Shown here: positions 50,920 to 64,000 of the stretch, piece by piece | Layout of the letters: the number at the start of each line of letters is the position of its first letter | How positions within the stretch are numbered: position 1 is the stretch's first letter | Source of the DNA: Eledone cirrhosa | Lineage: Eukaryota | Reading direction: 5' to 3' | Length of the DNA stretch: 64,000 bases | NCBI GenBank assembly: GCA_964016885.1 | Contig: OZ024741.1 | Coordinates: forward strand, 200,508,001 to 200,572,000 | The notes under the pieces: generated by a model | The model's input: the letters and a program-made list of their open reading frames with translations, nothing else | The model's database searches: none | Told to the model about the DNA's origin: nothing | Position numbers and translations under genes: made by a program

Positions 50920-52190
50920 ATCTGGTTCCGTACTGATGAGTGTGTTCAACATGCGACGACTGCTCACTCGCACCAAAACACTTAGAAGTTGCCTCGTCTT
51001 CGCTCACTGGAAGACGAGGGGTCTATGCCTTTAAGTGTATATGTGTCTGTGTTTGTGTTTGTGTCAATGTATAGGGAGGGCTTTCCTTATTTTTTCCTTG
51101 TTGGTTTTGGTGGTGGAGATAGTTCGACTGGTGTTGCTGCTGTTGGTGGAGCTGCCAGTGTCGATGCTGGAGGGGCTTTCCGTCCCGGCACTGGCATTTG
51201 CAGAAATGGAGGCTTGCGGCTCGCTGCATTTTTTAGCAGATGTGTTGCTTCGCCTCAGACGAAGCAGTGTAGCCTTCTTCCCCCAGTAATTAACTGTATT
51301 GTGGATCCGTCCTGAAGGCGCTCATGGTCCGGAATGTTGTTTAGGTGTTCCGGTTTGATTTGGAGAAGAATCTCCAAATCCATCTCGGACTTGTCCTCTC
51401 TCTCAGTCTTTATCACACCTATGAAGGCACTGTCGGTACCCTCCACGACCACGCATCCCAGAGGTCACCATAGGTTCAATCCTGGCGTGATCCTGTCACA
51501 GTTCCTTTGCGCATGTAGGACCGGAACATGATTATACGGTCCGTTCTGCAGGGGGCCAACGAGTGCTTAATAGCAAGGGCCTCAGTTTTGAACACCACCG
51601 AGATGGTGCCGAACTATCTGGCCATTGTTTTATATTCTATGTAATTTTTTATGTATTTCAGTGCAGCTTCGACTTCCACCTGGGTGGCGAGTTCCGCCTT
51701 GCGAGTCTGCACCGAAATACAGCGAAAATGCAAAGTCCTCCTTTGCGTTGCTGCTATTGCTTCGTCCGGGATGGTTAGGTTGGCCCAGAATTTCCGCGCC
51801 TGGGTCAACTGTTGATCCTTGTCCCGAATGTCCAGTTGAAGAAATGTTTTGGTTTTTGCAGTCGCAACTGCGAATGAGTTGTTCACGTTGTTGTTGTTGC
51901 TGGTGGTCATGTTTGGCTTATTGCCTTCTTTTTTCTCTTCGTTGTTGTTGTAGTCGTTGTTGCAGTTGTTGGTAGTGTTGTCATTATTGCAGTTGTTGTT
52001 GGTGTTGTTATTATTGTTCTCACTTGTTTACCTTCTGTTCTTGTTGGCGACGTTGTTGTCATTATTTCCGTTGTTACTCCCATTTATTTTGTTGGTGTTG
52101 TTGTTGCGGTTGTTGTTGTTGGCGATACTGCCTAATGTGGTCTTGGTGTTTGTAATTGTTGTTGTTGTAGGAGCGGTGTTACTTTGCTAG
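50920..52190 (-). mobile_element. Decayed ORF1/gag-like region with an (AAC)n-rich leader
   Basis: DLEILLQIKPE..IPDH.RLQDG.TI...GRR.HCFV is shared with 61205-61462. Confidence 0.6.
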
Positions 52191-52814
52191 GCGTTTAAGC
52201 TGTTTTAAGTGAAAAAAGGTCAAACATAAATTAAAGTTCAAATATTTGGGCTAAAGTGTCTTATGTTTCCTTTGAAACAAAATTTTTTTAACAAATTTCG
52301 CTTTAAACAACTTAAAATGACAAACTTACTGGAGCTCAGAATAACACGTCTTCTTACTTCAAACACCAATAATGATAATAATAATGATAATAATAATAAT
52401 AATAATAATGATAATAACAACAACAACAACGACGACGACGATGATGATGATGATTTAATTTTAGTACCGTGAACTTCGGTAGAATAATTGAAAAGGCAAG
52501 GAATGTAATGAAGTGCATTGACAAACTGAGGAGTAAATTAGTACAAGGCCGTACAATGCGAACCATATCAACAAACTAGCTTCAAATAAGGAATTCATTA
52601 TTCCACGGAACACACAATCTCTTCTAGTCTGCTTGGTATTGGTCGTATTAAGTAAAATTCTTGATTTAAAATAGTATCATTTACAAGTATAAACAAGCAT
52701 GGTGGTCCAATTTCAGCTTAAGTACATTTTATGGCATATCGCCACTTATCTTCAAAACGAAAAAGGCTAAGTCCCTATCTAAATTTAACTCACAGACACC
52801 ACTTTTTAAACATA

Positions 52815-52849
52815 ACAACAACAAAATCAACAACAACAACAACAACAAC

Positions 52850-52900
<51 letters not shown>

Positions 52901-54900
52901 TTCTTTATTGGCCACAAGGGCCTTAACATTTATCACAATATAAAATACAGAGATAGTATAGGTTTACAACAACAAAAAAATCGAGTAAAAAAGGATAACA
53001 GATAAAAAATAAACAATACAATTATAACAAGCAAATTCACCAATAGGAAGGAGTGCCACCCAGGGGTGCCTCAGAAACCCCATTAATCCTAAACCACTCT
53101 ACCCTCCGAGAGCACACTATGCGGGCGCTCTTCTCCTTTCGAAACTATCTAGCCTACAGGCGCATGGTCAGACTAGGCCCATTTATACAGGCCATCCTCG
53201 CTACCATCTCCCGCTTTTAACAAATGAACCGGGAGAGGGAGTAGCACTTCCCTCTCCAAGTGGAACTTGAAAAAGTACGAGGGCTTGGCCGAAGAGGAAA
53301 GTCTTTGTCTTCAGTTCTTTCAGCCGTGTCCACCATACAACCTCTTTCACCACAGCAACCAGGCAGAGGAAAACTGCCTGCTCTTCCTGGCCAAAAGAAG
53401 CCGGCATGGTGATCTTTACAATGAACTCGGTCGATAGCCGCATCCGTCCTACACGCTATAATAGCAGTTCGACAAAACTTCACAAGTGAATAATGCACAG
53501 ACAGATTCATCTGACTGCATTTCCATGTATTTAGAGTATATCTCGAACCGGAAGTTCCCCCGGTAGCACTGCCAAACTAGAGATTTCTGGAAGTTTTCCA
53601 TAGTCCCGGCTTGAAAGTTCTCCGGAACAGACTGTTCAGTTTGATTTCGTCGACATCCAGTGCTTCCTAAGGAACATCGTCGTACTTGTCTTCTGTGGAC
53701 TCCACTGACCGCATAACCAGACTGGTAGAGGCATGTGTGTGCTTGGCAACATTCCAGATGCCAGGTACCCAATCTCGGTATTTGTTTGCCCCATGACTAC
53801 AGCTCAGTCAAAAAGACGAGCAGTAGAAAGACTTATTTCACAAACAGTGACCACACCTGTTCACTGTTTAAGAATATCTGAAGATGCCGTAGCCTCTGCG
53901 CATGTTTGTGGATCATCAAACACGGCAAGCCCAGCCTTTGTGTAGAGGGAGCTGGCAACATATGAGCTGCCTTACCAATGAAACCCATCCCTTCCACAAG
54001 AAGTTAAGGAGCAGGCATTAAAATTTGGCTAGGGGTGGATGGGAGCAAGGCACAGCTGTCTGGCGTTAAAAGGTGACGGTCACGACGAACGCATTTGCCA
54101 CCTCTACCCAACGTTTCAGGTATAGATTCCTCTCGGCTCATTTCTGGGTGAGAGAGGCTAACATGCTCGTTACCCCGTCCCAGTTCTTACACCCCTGGAT
54201 ATCTGGCCTAAACTAGACCCATGTAACTTCACAGGCCCGTCACTCCATAATCCGACGATGTTGTTGAACGGTATGGATGTGCTTATCCAGGTGCCGAGAT
54301 GCAAACTGACCGACTTTTCTGGCTGGTCTTTGCTACCGTCAACCTTTCATATTCCTTCAAGAAGTTGCCGACTACCTCGATTTCCAAGGTCTTCGACATC
54401 ATCACGGTGACATCGTCTGCAGGTGTCAAAATAGCCTTTTCACGTTCCGGTTCGAGCGGGATGCCATTCAACAGCTCCAGCTTCCGCATTAAACCGGGTG
54501 ACTTGCGCCTCTGACATCGGATTTTCTGTTATCGGATTTTCGCAGCACTCAGCATCAGTCACTGAAAGTCGCAACAAGTCGTCGAGGTAGAAACAGAAGT
54601 CCACGAACGTGTCCGGTTCCCTGCTCTCCACGAACAGTCATGTAAAGTGCTGGCAAAAAGTCCTACACATCTGTCTGGAATCGATGACCACGCACTCGTC
54701 TCGGTCCATCAAAGACCGAATTGTGGTTTTGATGCCACACTGCACCTCTGCCCGACGGGGCCATCGAACAGCTTTCGTTCCCTCATTTCTTAGGGCACGC
54801 TCCCTAGCTCTGACAATGCAACCTTCGTGTTTCGCATTGAAGAAATGTTCTAATGCTATTCTTGCCGCTAGCACGTCGGCTACAATGCCCCTAATTTAGC
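52815..54900 (-). mobile_element. Tx1/L1-clade LINE with a deleted RT core, 3' end and (ATT)/(GTT)n tail
   Basis: LAARIALEHFFNAKHEGCIVRAR, PADDVTV, KEVVWWTRLK, and the 3' terminus CCAATAAAGAAA followed by (ATT)n. Confidence 0.88.
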
Positions 54901-55159
54901 TACTAACCCTCCCTCCACCACCACACCGAGATTCAGGTTTTCCCTAAACAACACTACCATCCCATCTCCCATTCCCGGCTGACTTAGAGATGCGAAGAGC
55001 TAATAGTCTTCGAAAATGGGGGCTAGTGCACGTATGTCGGAAATCCTGGTCTTGCTGACGGCAATCTCATCCATATCTCGTGACCAGAGGTCATTTAGCA
55101 AGAGACCTTGCTTCCAGTACCACCCCATGCCACGGACATTTTTACAACATACTCTTATA

Positions 55160-55440
55160 ATAGTCCTATTGGCTGGTTAAGAGAAAAAAGGGTTTACTAA
55201 TTCTCCGGGCGTTCGAAGAGGTCGGGTAGTTCCACCTCCAGTTTGGTGGAGTTTCTTTTGGAAACCTCTTTAAAAGCCTACTTGTGGCTTTTACAATAAT
55301 AGATCCAACGTTACGTGGAAAGCTCTCCATAAGTTCTTTGTACGTACCAAGGTAGATTCGTACCATCACGTGGTCTTCCGGCACTATAAACGTGCAGGTG
55401 CCAAAAATCTCCCACTACTTCTCGATTTCTTTGCTTCTTG
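55160..55440 (-). mobile_element. Possible Ty3/Gypsy pol C-terminal (GPY/F-like) remnant
   Basis: EDHVMVRI..GTYKEL..RNVGS followed by a frameshifted VELP..IS.F pattern. The match is weak. Confidence 0.3.
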
Positions 55441-56411
55441 CTCTGAGGGCCATCAGTCTTTCGTTGGCCTTTTGGATGGAAAAGAGCAATGGTTTAGAGG
55501 AAAGTGGAAAAATGGAGAAGCATGCCTAAACATAACATGGAAGGTTCTCATTGGGATATTTGCGGGGAAGACATATGCTATTCTGTCACAGGAAGGAATA
55601 CTACAAGGGAACAAACAGGACGTAGGAAGAAGTCCAAGAGTACCAAAGATCACCTGGTTATTGAAAAAACAGTTTTGAAACATTGTAAGAAACATCACAA
55701 AAACATGTCTATTGCCTGGATTGATATGATATGATGCCCATTCTTGGATTGGTTGATGCCTGTCGATGTTTGGTATTGCTCACAACATCACAAAGTTTAT
55801 GCTGAATAGTATGCCAGAGTGGAAAACCAAATTATACTCAAGTAATGTGTTTCTGGGAGAAGTAGACATTAAAATAGGTATCATCCAAGGGGACTCATTC
55901 TCACCGTTACTATTTGTTATAGCATTGATACCTATAAAACTCACACACGGAAAAATAAAAATACCAATTTGGAAAGCAAGGGTTATTTGTAAACCGGTTC
56001 ATTCCTTCTGAGCGAAGTTATTTAAAGTAATGCTAGAGCTGACAAGTTCATATGCTGACCAAGATACTCTCATGAAATGATCAAATGAGGTTTATTTTTT
56101 AACATAGTCCCTGGAAAAAAACAATGCAGTTATTAATACGAAGATTTGAAATTAATGCATTAAAGATTTCACAGCTCTAGCATCACTATCTGATAGTCAG
56201 CCTATGAAACTTTTAACCGACACGCGTACCACAACCTGATATTGTTATATATAATGACATTACACATATGTATAAAAAAACATCCTATTTCTTTCAATCA
56301 ATCTATATTATAAAAGAGAATCTGTTTCTCCCCTGTCTATCCATCACAATATATATGTAGAAGGATGGCAAAACGGGTGGAGTGAAAAGTTGTATGTGTA
56401 TATCTCGTATA

Positions 56412-56524
56412 TGTTGGCTGCCAACTCGTTTCGAGTACGGCCACTACTTTATATCCATGTAGGAGAACCCCTACCGATGCGCTGAACGAGTGTGACTTTT
56501 TAGTCCAGCCAGTGACTTGAAAAC
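56412..56524 (-). mobile_element. 3' end of the RTE-derived element
   Basis: Matches 41232-41344. Confidence 0.8.
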
Positions 56525-57240
56525 ATACAAAAAGATAGCTCCGATAATAAACACATTAAAAGCTACAGCAATGTGGAAGACATCAATATATACATAATAT
56601 GAAAGAGTACTGGTGGAATGTTCCAGTAAAAACCCCAATAAAATGCAGGCATAACAGACCAGATATTATGATATGGGACAGGGAAAAGAAAACATGCACA
56701 ATAGTGGAGGTTAGCTGCCCAGCAGATGCCAATTTAATAACAAAGATTAGCGAAAAGGAGAATATTTATGCAGAACTGATGAGAAACTGCAGATACTCCA
56801 CCCTGATTACACCTTCAGATTTATGCCTGTGATTATTGGGGCACTGGGGTATGTTAGTAACTGCCTCAATACAAATCCTGAGAAGCTAGGCTTCACAGGA
56901 ACAGAAAGAACACAACTATTTAGGAAATTACAAGTACAATTCATTAATGGAACAGTAAAAATATGTAAAACATTCCAAACATTTTGCATTTAATAACTGC
57001 ATATACACATGTACAGATACAAAGCATATACTCATACACACATACAACTCAAAACATCCCCATCCACACATACAATAACATCCATATCTACACATGCATG
57101 CATGCATGCAGGCATGCATAGATAATCTGCCTAGTTGATGTTGTGTAAATTCCAATGAGAGAGTCTTGTGTCTATGTTAGAAACCGACTCTCTCTCTATT
57201 GGTAAACATTTGTGAAATTAAATACATACATATATATATA
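56525..57240 (+). mobile_element. R4/Dong 3' fragment (RLE domain) of a second family
   Basis: KEYWWNVPVKT..HNRPDIMIWD..VEVSCP and PVIIGALG, ending in TACA/TA repeats. Confidence 0.85.
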
Positions 57241-58474
57241 TATAAACTATTAATAGGCATCGCTCAAAATGCACATAATTTTAGCTTCGCTCAAATGACT
57301 GGACACGTCATAAACCATCTTCTATTTATGGACGACCTTAAACTGTTTGGGAAGCCCGAAAACCAAATAGACTCGTTGGTTAAAACAGTTCGGATATGTA
57401 ATAGCGACATCGGTGTGGGACTTAGCATTTCCAAATGATCTGTACTCAACATGGAAAGAGGGAAAAAAGCAGCCTGTAGTGGTTTACGACTGCCATCGGG
57501 AGAAACCACGAAAGAACCAGGAGATAGTGGCTATAAATATTCGTGGATCTTAGAACTAGATGATATTTTGCAAGCAGAAATGAAAGAAAAGTTTAGAGGG
57601 ATATATTTGAAAAGATGAAAAAGGATTTTAAAAGAAAAAAGAAAAGATCAAGGAATGAGAATGCATGGTCAGTTTGAGGGACATACACAGGATATCAAGG
57701 TTAAAACAACATCGTGGTCATGGCTTAAGTAAGACGATTTGCCACTGAAAGCCTTATAGTTTCAGCGTAAGACCAAGCTCTTGCTACCAATTCGGTGAAA
57801 TAACATCTACAAAACTTCTGACACCCAGAAATGCAGGCTCTGTGGAAAGAATGAGGAAAATGGGGCCTACTTGTTAAGTGGATGTGAGAGTCTTGCGCAA
57901 ACAGAATGCAAGCGCTACCATAATAACGTCTGTCTATACTTTTATTGGCGTCTGTGTCATAAATACCAATATGAAGTCATAGAGAATTGGTATGAGCACG
58001 TGCCTTGTAAAGTAATGCAGGAGGACGGGAAAGCAAGGATATACTGGGATTGTGACTTTCAAACTGATAGAATAATTAAGCATTGCTGACCTGACATTGT
58101 CGTGTTGAATAAGAAAAACAAATACTGTCAGATCGTCGACGTAGTTATACCAAATGACATGGATAATGTGAGTATGGAGATTGGGAAATCTACCAAGTAC
58201 TCTGAATGGAAAGTGGAGCGTGTAAGACTATTTGGAATGCAAAGGGGTAGTGTGAAAGTTGTGATCGGGGCATTAAAGTCAATGCCATTGAAACTTCAAG
58301 ACTGGGAATACCATACAGGTTGGGTGTCATACAAAAGGTAGCTTTGCTAGGTACAGCGCATATTTTGAGGAAAGTATTATCTGTATGAGGTCCTTGATGC
58401 GACTTGACAGGTGAATAAATATCCCGGCGCATTATCCATCTGGACTGCGTGAGAAAACAATAACAATAATGATA

Positions 58475-58656
58475 ATAATTGTTTCTACTTTTGGCACAAG
58501 GCCAGCAATTATCCCAGTGCATTACTGGTACTTTATTTTATCGACCCCGTAAGGATGAAAGGCAAAGTTTACCTGGCGGGATTTGAACTCAGAATGTCAA
58601 GGGTCGTAACTCTATGCTGCAAAGCATGGCGTCCGACCCTCTACCGATACTGCCAA
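58475..58656 (-). mobile_element. Young Nin/Deu-type SINE
   Basis: Family sequence in reverse complement. Confidence 0.85.
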
Positions 58657-59236
58657 TCATGATGATAATAATAAACTATAATAATAGCCAATGTGTATTT
58701 GACCGTCACGCACTAGAGATGACTGAGGTAGGAAGGGGTGATGAAAAACTACAGAAAGCAGCGTCTAACATTCACTACACCTGTGTGTGTATATGTATAG
58801 CGAATTGGCTACACACATTGGCTGTTATGATTATGTGAGTGTTTGTGTGTGTGTAAATTATATTTATATATAACATTTGTGTGAGTGTATATGTGTTTGT
58901 GGGTGTTTATTTAGAAAGATACATAGACAATAGACAATAGAATTACAAACACACACGCATCTACACATACATGTATATATAAACAGACATGCTTAGAAAA
59001 AAATGACTATTACATACACACACATCTATGGGATGACTGAGATTCGTGTGTGTATATATGTTGCAAATTGGCTACACACATTGGCTGTATGTTTGTGTGT
59101 TTGTATTACTTGTCTGAGTGAGCGGGAAGGAACCAACCAACCAACCAACCAACCAACCAACCAACAAACATCTCTTTTTTATATTATGTATAGTTATTAC
59201 AATTAGCCGTCATTTTTTACGGCACGGGGCCAACTA

Positions 59237-59905
59237 GTAATAACAACAACAACAACAACAACAACAATGATAATAGTAATAATAATAATAATAATAATAC
59301 TTTCTTTATTAACCACAAGGGTTTACATAAAGTAGACATTAAGGACAGTACAGGACAGTACAAGACGGTGCAAATGGGCATTTCTGCGTGTAAAAAACAA
59401 GAAACAGAGGATGTAATAATAGAACAATGAAAAAATTCCCCAATAGGGGGGGAGACTTCCGAGAGACATTCGTGGAGAAATCCCATTAAAAAGCCACAGT
59501 GACCTGACCACCAGGGCAAGTGCCCTCTCCTAGTTTTCCACCTTCAATTTACAGACACATACTCAGAGTAGGCCCATTCACTCGGGCCATTCTTGCCTCT
59601 CTCACCCATCTTTCAACAAAATGCTGGGAAGAGAGCACTTCCCTTTTTACCCTGATTTTCCTTTTCAAATGAAATTTGAAAAAGTTAATCAGGGCATCAC
59701 CGAAGAGGTAAATGCTCGTCTTCAGCCCTTTCAAACGTGTCCACCATACTATCTCTTTCGCCATGGCCACCAGACAGATAAAAACTGCCTGCCCTTCCCG
59801 GCTAAAGGAAGAGGGCGGGGAAATCCTCGCGATGGACTCAGATGATAGCCGGATCCGTCCTACACGCGACAGCAGGTGTTCGACATAAACCCACAAGTCA
59901 GCAAT
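59237..59905 (-). mobile_element. Tx1/L1-clade 3' end with an (ATT)/(GTT)n tail
   Basis: WVYVEHLLSRV..KEIVWWTRLKG..FVERW. Confidence 0.88.
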
Positions 59906-59919
59906 TCGTTACAATAATG

Positions 59920-60112
59920 AAAATAATTGTTTCTACTTTTGGCACAAGGCCAGCAATTATCCCAGTACATTACTGGAGCTTTATTTTATCGACCCCGTAA
60001 GGATGAAAGGCAAAGTTAACCTCGGCGGGATTTGAACTCAGATCGTAAAAGGGCGTAACTCTATGCTGCAATGCATGACGTCCGACCCTCTACCGATCCT
60101 GCTAATCCACCG
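59920..60112 (-). mobile_element. Full-length young Nin/Deu-type SINE
   Basis: Family sequence in reverse complement. Confidence 0.85.
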
Positions 60113-60114
60113 GT

Positions 60115-61085
60115 TTCATTTATTGGTCACAAGGACTGACATATAGGGGACAATACAATAGATGGGGACAGTGGGGGGATTACACAAAAATCACGTAAAA
60201 AATAGGAAATCAATAACAATAAACAAGAAACATACAACAATGAAAATTCCTCAATAAGAGGGATAACCGCCCAGAGTCGACTCAGGTACCCCACCAATCC
60301 TGAACCACCCGGCGCTTCGAGGAACCCGGAAAGGGCATTCCTCTCCTCCTCAAATTCACCAGCTTACAGGCGCATGATCAGAGTAGGCCCACTCATACGG
60401 GCCATTTTTGCCACATTCACCCACCTTTCAGCAAATATACTGGAAGCGGGGCAGCACTTCTCTCTCCACCCTCACTTTCCTTTCCAAGTGAAATTTGAAA
60501 AAGTTGATGAGTGATTGGCCGAAGAGATAAGTGTCTGTCTTCAGTCCTTTCAGCCTGGTCCACCATGCAGCCCCCTTCGCTACTGCCACCAGATAGAGAA
60601 AAATTGCCTGCCCTTCCTGGCCAAAAGAAGGTGGCGGGTATTTCTTCCCTATGGACTTGACCGATAGTCGGATCCGTTGTACACTCCACAACAGTTGTTC
60701 GACATAACTCCACAAGTCAGTAATGCACGGACACTGGAAGAGTGCGAGCGGGACGGTTTCGTCGCTCTGCGGGCATCTCGGACAGGTCCGTCTGACAGCA
60801 CTTCCGTGTCTGTAGAGTTTATCTCGAACTTGCAGTGTCCCCGGTAGCATTGCTAAGCGAGGGATTTCTGGAAGTTATCCATCGTCCCCGGCTTGAATTC
60901 TTCCGGAACAGACTGATCAGTTCGACTTCATCGATGCCCAGAGCCTCTGTGTCGACGCACTTCCCCACCACTAATCCTCTATAGAATTCTAGAGTGGAAT
61001 TCCACTGACCGCATTGCCCGCCTGGTAGAGGGCAGTGAGTGCCTGGCAACATTCTAGATGCCAGTCACCCAGTCTCGGGATTCCT
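60115..61085 (-). mobile_element. Tx1/L1-clade 3' portion with zinc knuckle
   Basis: CPRCPQSDETVPLALFQC..LW and AWWTRLKG. Confidence 0.88.
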
Positions 61086-61199
61086 CTCATCTTCACTTGG
61101 GGATGAGGAAGGACTAGTGTCTGGGGACTCTGTATCAAACATGGGGGGAGGGGGTGTTTACGGATGTGTGAGTGTTTGTCTGTGTGTTTATGTGTGCAT

Positions 61200-61730
61200 T
61201 TGTTTCAGAGCTGGGAGAAAATGGCTCGCTGATGTGTGGTTTCGCCACAGACGAAACAATGCGGCCTTTTGCCCTCAGTGACTCCTATGGTTGTCCCATC
61301 TTGAAGGCGGACGTGATCTGGGATGCGTTTCATATCTTCTGGTTTGATTTGGAGAAGGATCTCTAAATCCACCCCAAACATGTCCTCTCTAGATGGTTTT
61401 GTGACATGAATGGGCGACACATCCGTACCCTCCTCGATCACACATTCCATGAGCCACCACATGTCCAGTCCTGGTGGGATCTTGGAATGCGGACCATGAC
61501 TGTCTTTCTGCCCATGGACGGATACATCACCTCTTGGTCCGTCCTACAGGAGACCACTGAGTGTTTCAGAGCAAGGGCTTCAGATTTAAACAGCACCGAG
61601 ATGATGTCAAATTTCCTGCCCCTTCTCTTGAACTCATTGCCACCTTGGATGCCCTTCATGACAAATAACGTCTGAAGGAAGAAAGACGGTAAAAAATCCT
61701 TATTTTTTCCTTCAGTCTTCATCTTTTTTA
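61200..61730 (-). mobile_element. Decayed ORF1/gag-like region
   Basis: EGKRPHCFVCGETTH knuckle, similar to 51255-51452. Confidence 0.6.
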
Positions 61731-61859
61731 TCTGTTTTTCTTCCTTCAGAAGTTATTTTCCTGTGGCTATACTCTTAAGACTTCAAATTCTGGTTCTGCC
61801 TCTGTACATTCAATAAGTTTTTTTTAAATTCTGGAACACGAAAGAAAGAAAAAAATGTC

Positions 61860-61861
61860 TT

Positions 61862-61935
<74 letters not shown>

Positions 61936-62009
61936 TCTGCTGCTTCTGCTGCTGTTGCTAAAACTGCTGCTGCTGGTGCCGCCGCCGCCGCTGCTTCTGC
62001 TGCTGCTGG

Positions 62010-62074
<65 letters not shown>

Positions 62075-62075
62075 A
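61860..62075. repeat. (CTA)n-(CTG)n-(CTA)n compound trinucleotide repeat
   Basis: Direct reading. Confidence 0.97.
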
Positions 62076-62619
62076 GCTGAAGGCACATTGATGATACCCC
62101 ATCCTCTACCCTTGACCAATATCTATCGATTTTATCAGTAGGACACATTTGTGTTAAATATATTTCATTTGTGCGTTCGTACAAAAACAAAACAAATAAA
62201 AACAAAACAGACGCGATCCTTGACGAATTTCTCATACAGAGAACTGTATAATTTCTACCCGAATTAGAAATATGCACACAAAGAGAACAGAATCAGAATT
62301 GAGCATCTTAACACTATGTCAACAGAATGTAGAAAAGCCGTTAATGAATTTGTTACGCTTTTGTCTTTTTTCAGTCTAAATAAAAAATAATATATAGACG
62401 CCACTAAGAGGAATATTGGTAATTTGGGAATTAAGGAGGATTCTCTTATCAACAGATATAAAACTATTATTAAAAGCAGATCTAACCCACGTGGAGCCGA
62501 CTGGCTATCGCGAGCGGTCTGCGCATGTTACATGTCTACTAATTGTCAGTCACAGAACAAGATGCACCAATTAAAAAAAAAATTTTTCATTTGATTATGA
62601 GATTTTTTTGATGGCCCTA

Positions 62620-62910
62620 TTCGGTCACGAATGACTATGGGTTTGCAGTTAGAAAGTTTCCCTCCGAGGCACAAGCCTGGGCAAGGTTTGTTTTGTGGAA
62701 GACCAGTAGTCGCCCATGCATACCAGCCTCCCCTCTCCACGCCACCCATGTTGTCCAAGGGAAAGGCAATGACCCATACAGCTTGGCACCAGTGACGTCG
62801 CAACTCATTTCTACAGCGGAGTAAACTGGAGAAACGTGAAATAAAGTGTCTTGCTCAAGAGAATCGAACTCACATCCAATTGGAAGCCCAATGTTCTAAC
62901 CACTAAGCCA
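62620..62910 (-). mobile_element. CORE/Meta-type SINE
   Basis: The minus strand reads TGGCTTAGTGGTTAG..GAGTTCGATTCTCTTGAGCAAGACACTTTATTTCACG..CCAGTTTACTCCGCTG..AATGAGTTGC. Confidence 0.75.
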
Positions 62911-63004
62911 TAAGGTTCTAACCTTGAAATATTATGAAATAGGGTAAAAACTATTGTTTTATTTTGTCATTCTTATTTTACTCTACACTAGTTCCACCAT
63001 TATA

Positions 63005-63122
63005 TAATTGTTTCTACTTTAGGCACAAGGCCAGCAATTAACCAGTGCATTACTGGTACTTTATTTTATCGACCCCGTAAGGAAGAAAGGCAAAGTCAAC
63101 CTCGGCGGGATTTGAACTCAGA
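63005..63122 (-). mobile_element. 5'-truncated young SINE with a TSD of about 20 bp
   Basis: Flanked by TAGTTCCACCATTATATAAT at about 62988 and 63123. Confidence 0.88.
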
Positions 63123-63349
63123 TAGTTCCACCATTATATAATATTTTCTATTCGCATTGTACAGGCTTTCCCAATACATTCTTAATTTTAATTTAATATT
63201 TATACTTTTTGCGTTTACTCAAGTAAAGTAAGCACCCATCATATAAATTGTATTCAACAAGCAAATGATGTGTATTATAAAAAATAGTGTGTTGGAGATG
63301 ACCCGTTCACTCAATCATACGCATCAACAAGGGGCGCTGGGGTTTCCCT

Positions 63350-63540
63350 TTAATAATTCTTGAGGCAAGTCAACTCATTCGCAGCATTACCGCGGGTAAT
63401 AGCGAGGCTAAGGCGCAGAAACAACCAGGCACCCACACAAGCATCACCTGATATGTCGGTAAGGCGAGCTGCTAACAATGACAAGAACTTCGTTGTCAGT
63501 GGACCAGCTAACCAAAACGTCTCGCATGTTACAGGATGAA
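63350..63540 (-). mobile_element. CRE-like (RLE) LINE C-terminal remnant
   Basis: The minus strand reads PVTCETFWLAGP..KFL..LAARL..ISGD..WLFLRLSLAITRGNAA, the P..ET.G..G..RLS...RGNA pattern of CRE-type ORF ends. Confidence 0.65.
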
Positions 63541-64000
63541 AAAATAATTTAAGAAGCTAATTACAAATAAATGAATAAATAAATAAGTGATAGAGAATAA
63601 ATAGGTGTGTAAGAAAGACATGAACCAGCTTTGAAGTTCGGGAACATTAGATTATAGGAAAAATAAAAGACAGCATGTATAGAAACAATTAAGATATAGA
63701 GCAATAGCAAGAATAAAGACAGGGCGTATAGAAAGGAATAAGAAGAAGGAGGATAAGAGAAAGAGCAAGGAAAGGGAACAGGGAATTAAATATTCAGATT
63801 GTACACAGAACAAATACTGAGGATACTCAGACAAAGAATAAAAACAGGGATTATATAAATAATAAAGATTGAGAGTATATGAAGAATGAATTCATACGCT
63901 ATTAAAAAATATAGACATTATGAAATACAGAAACAGGGACTATAGTACGAATAGGTATTTAACAAAGAATAATTATAGAAACTGCAGGGAAAATAGTCAT

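Larger units (their letters stand above)
55450..58470 (+). mobile_element. Old R4/Dong LINE split by a nested block (about 55960-57270), with a (TAA)-type tail
   Basis: MSIAWID and GIIQGDSFSPLLFVIALIP before the block. INHLLFMDDLKLF, CRLC..LLSGC..YH, PDIV and VVIGAL follow it. Confidence 0.82.

Noticed and set aside
56305-56350. Helitron-like 5' start TCTATATTATAAAAGAG
   Set aside because: No matching hairpin-CTAG end was found and it is too short to call.
61810-62277. Ser/Thr/Ala-rich ORFs (also 36105-36617 and 42500-42866)
   Set aside because: They are trinucleotide repeats open in several frames.
63380-63400. CATTACCGCGG resembling a small-subunit rRNA segment
   Set aside because: It is too short and is explained by the codons of the CRE-like RGNAA motif.

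Overview
AT-rich eukaryotic DNA made almost entirely of transposable elements and simple repeats. The SINE and repeat landscape suggests a mollusc, probably an octopus-type cephalopod (inference). No intact host gene is recognisable, and there are only three weak candidate exons. The window holds several families of Penelope-like elements (PLEs). One is a near full-length Naiad-like partial tandem at 21054-25616, with an internally deleted sister at 12158-14890. Other elements include Tx1/L1-clade, R4/Dong, RTE-group, CR1-group and CRE-like LINE fragments, two Helitrons with canonical ends, many tRNA-derived SINEs, multi-kb almost pure A/T arrays and a 200-N gap. The most notable hidden layer is a set of type I hammerhead-ribozyme motifs, read by eye, in PLE pseudo-LTRs and in short non-coding fold-back elements embedded in (TA)n. 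These share a tail motif, include a family-wide CAGAAGA core variant, and in one case the fold-back point coincides with the ribozyme's stem II. All calls come from manual reading, and boundaries are approximate.
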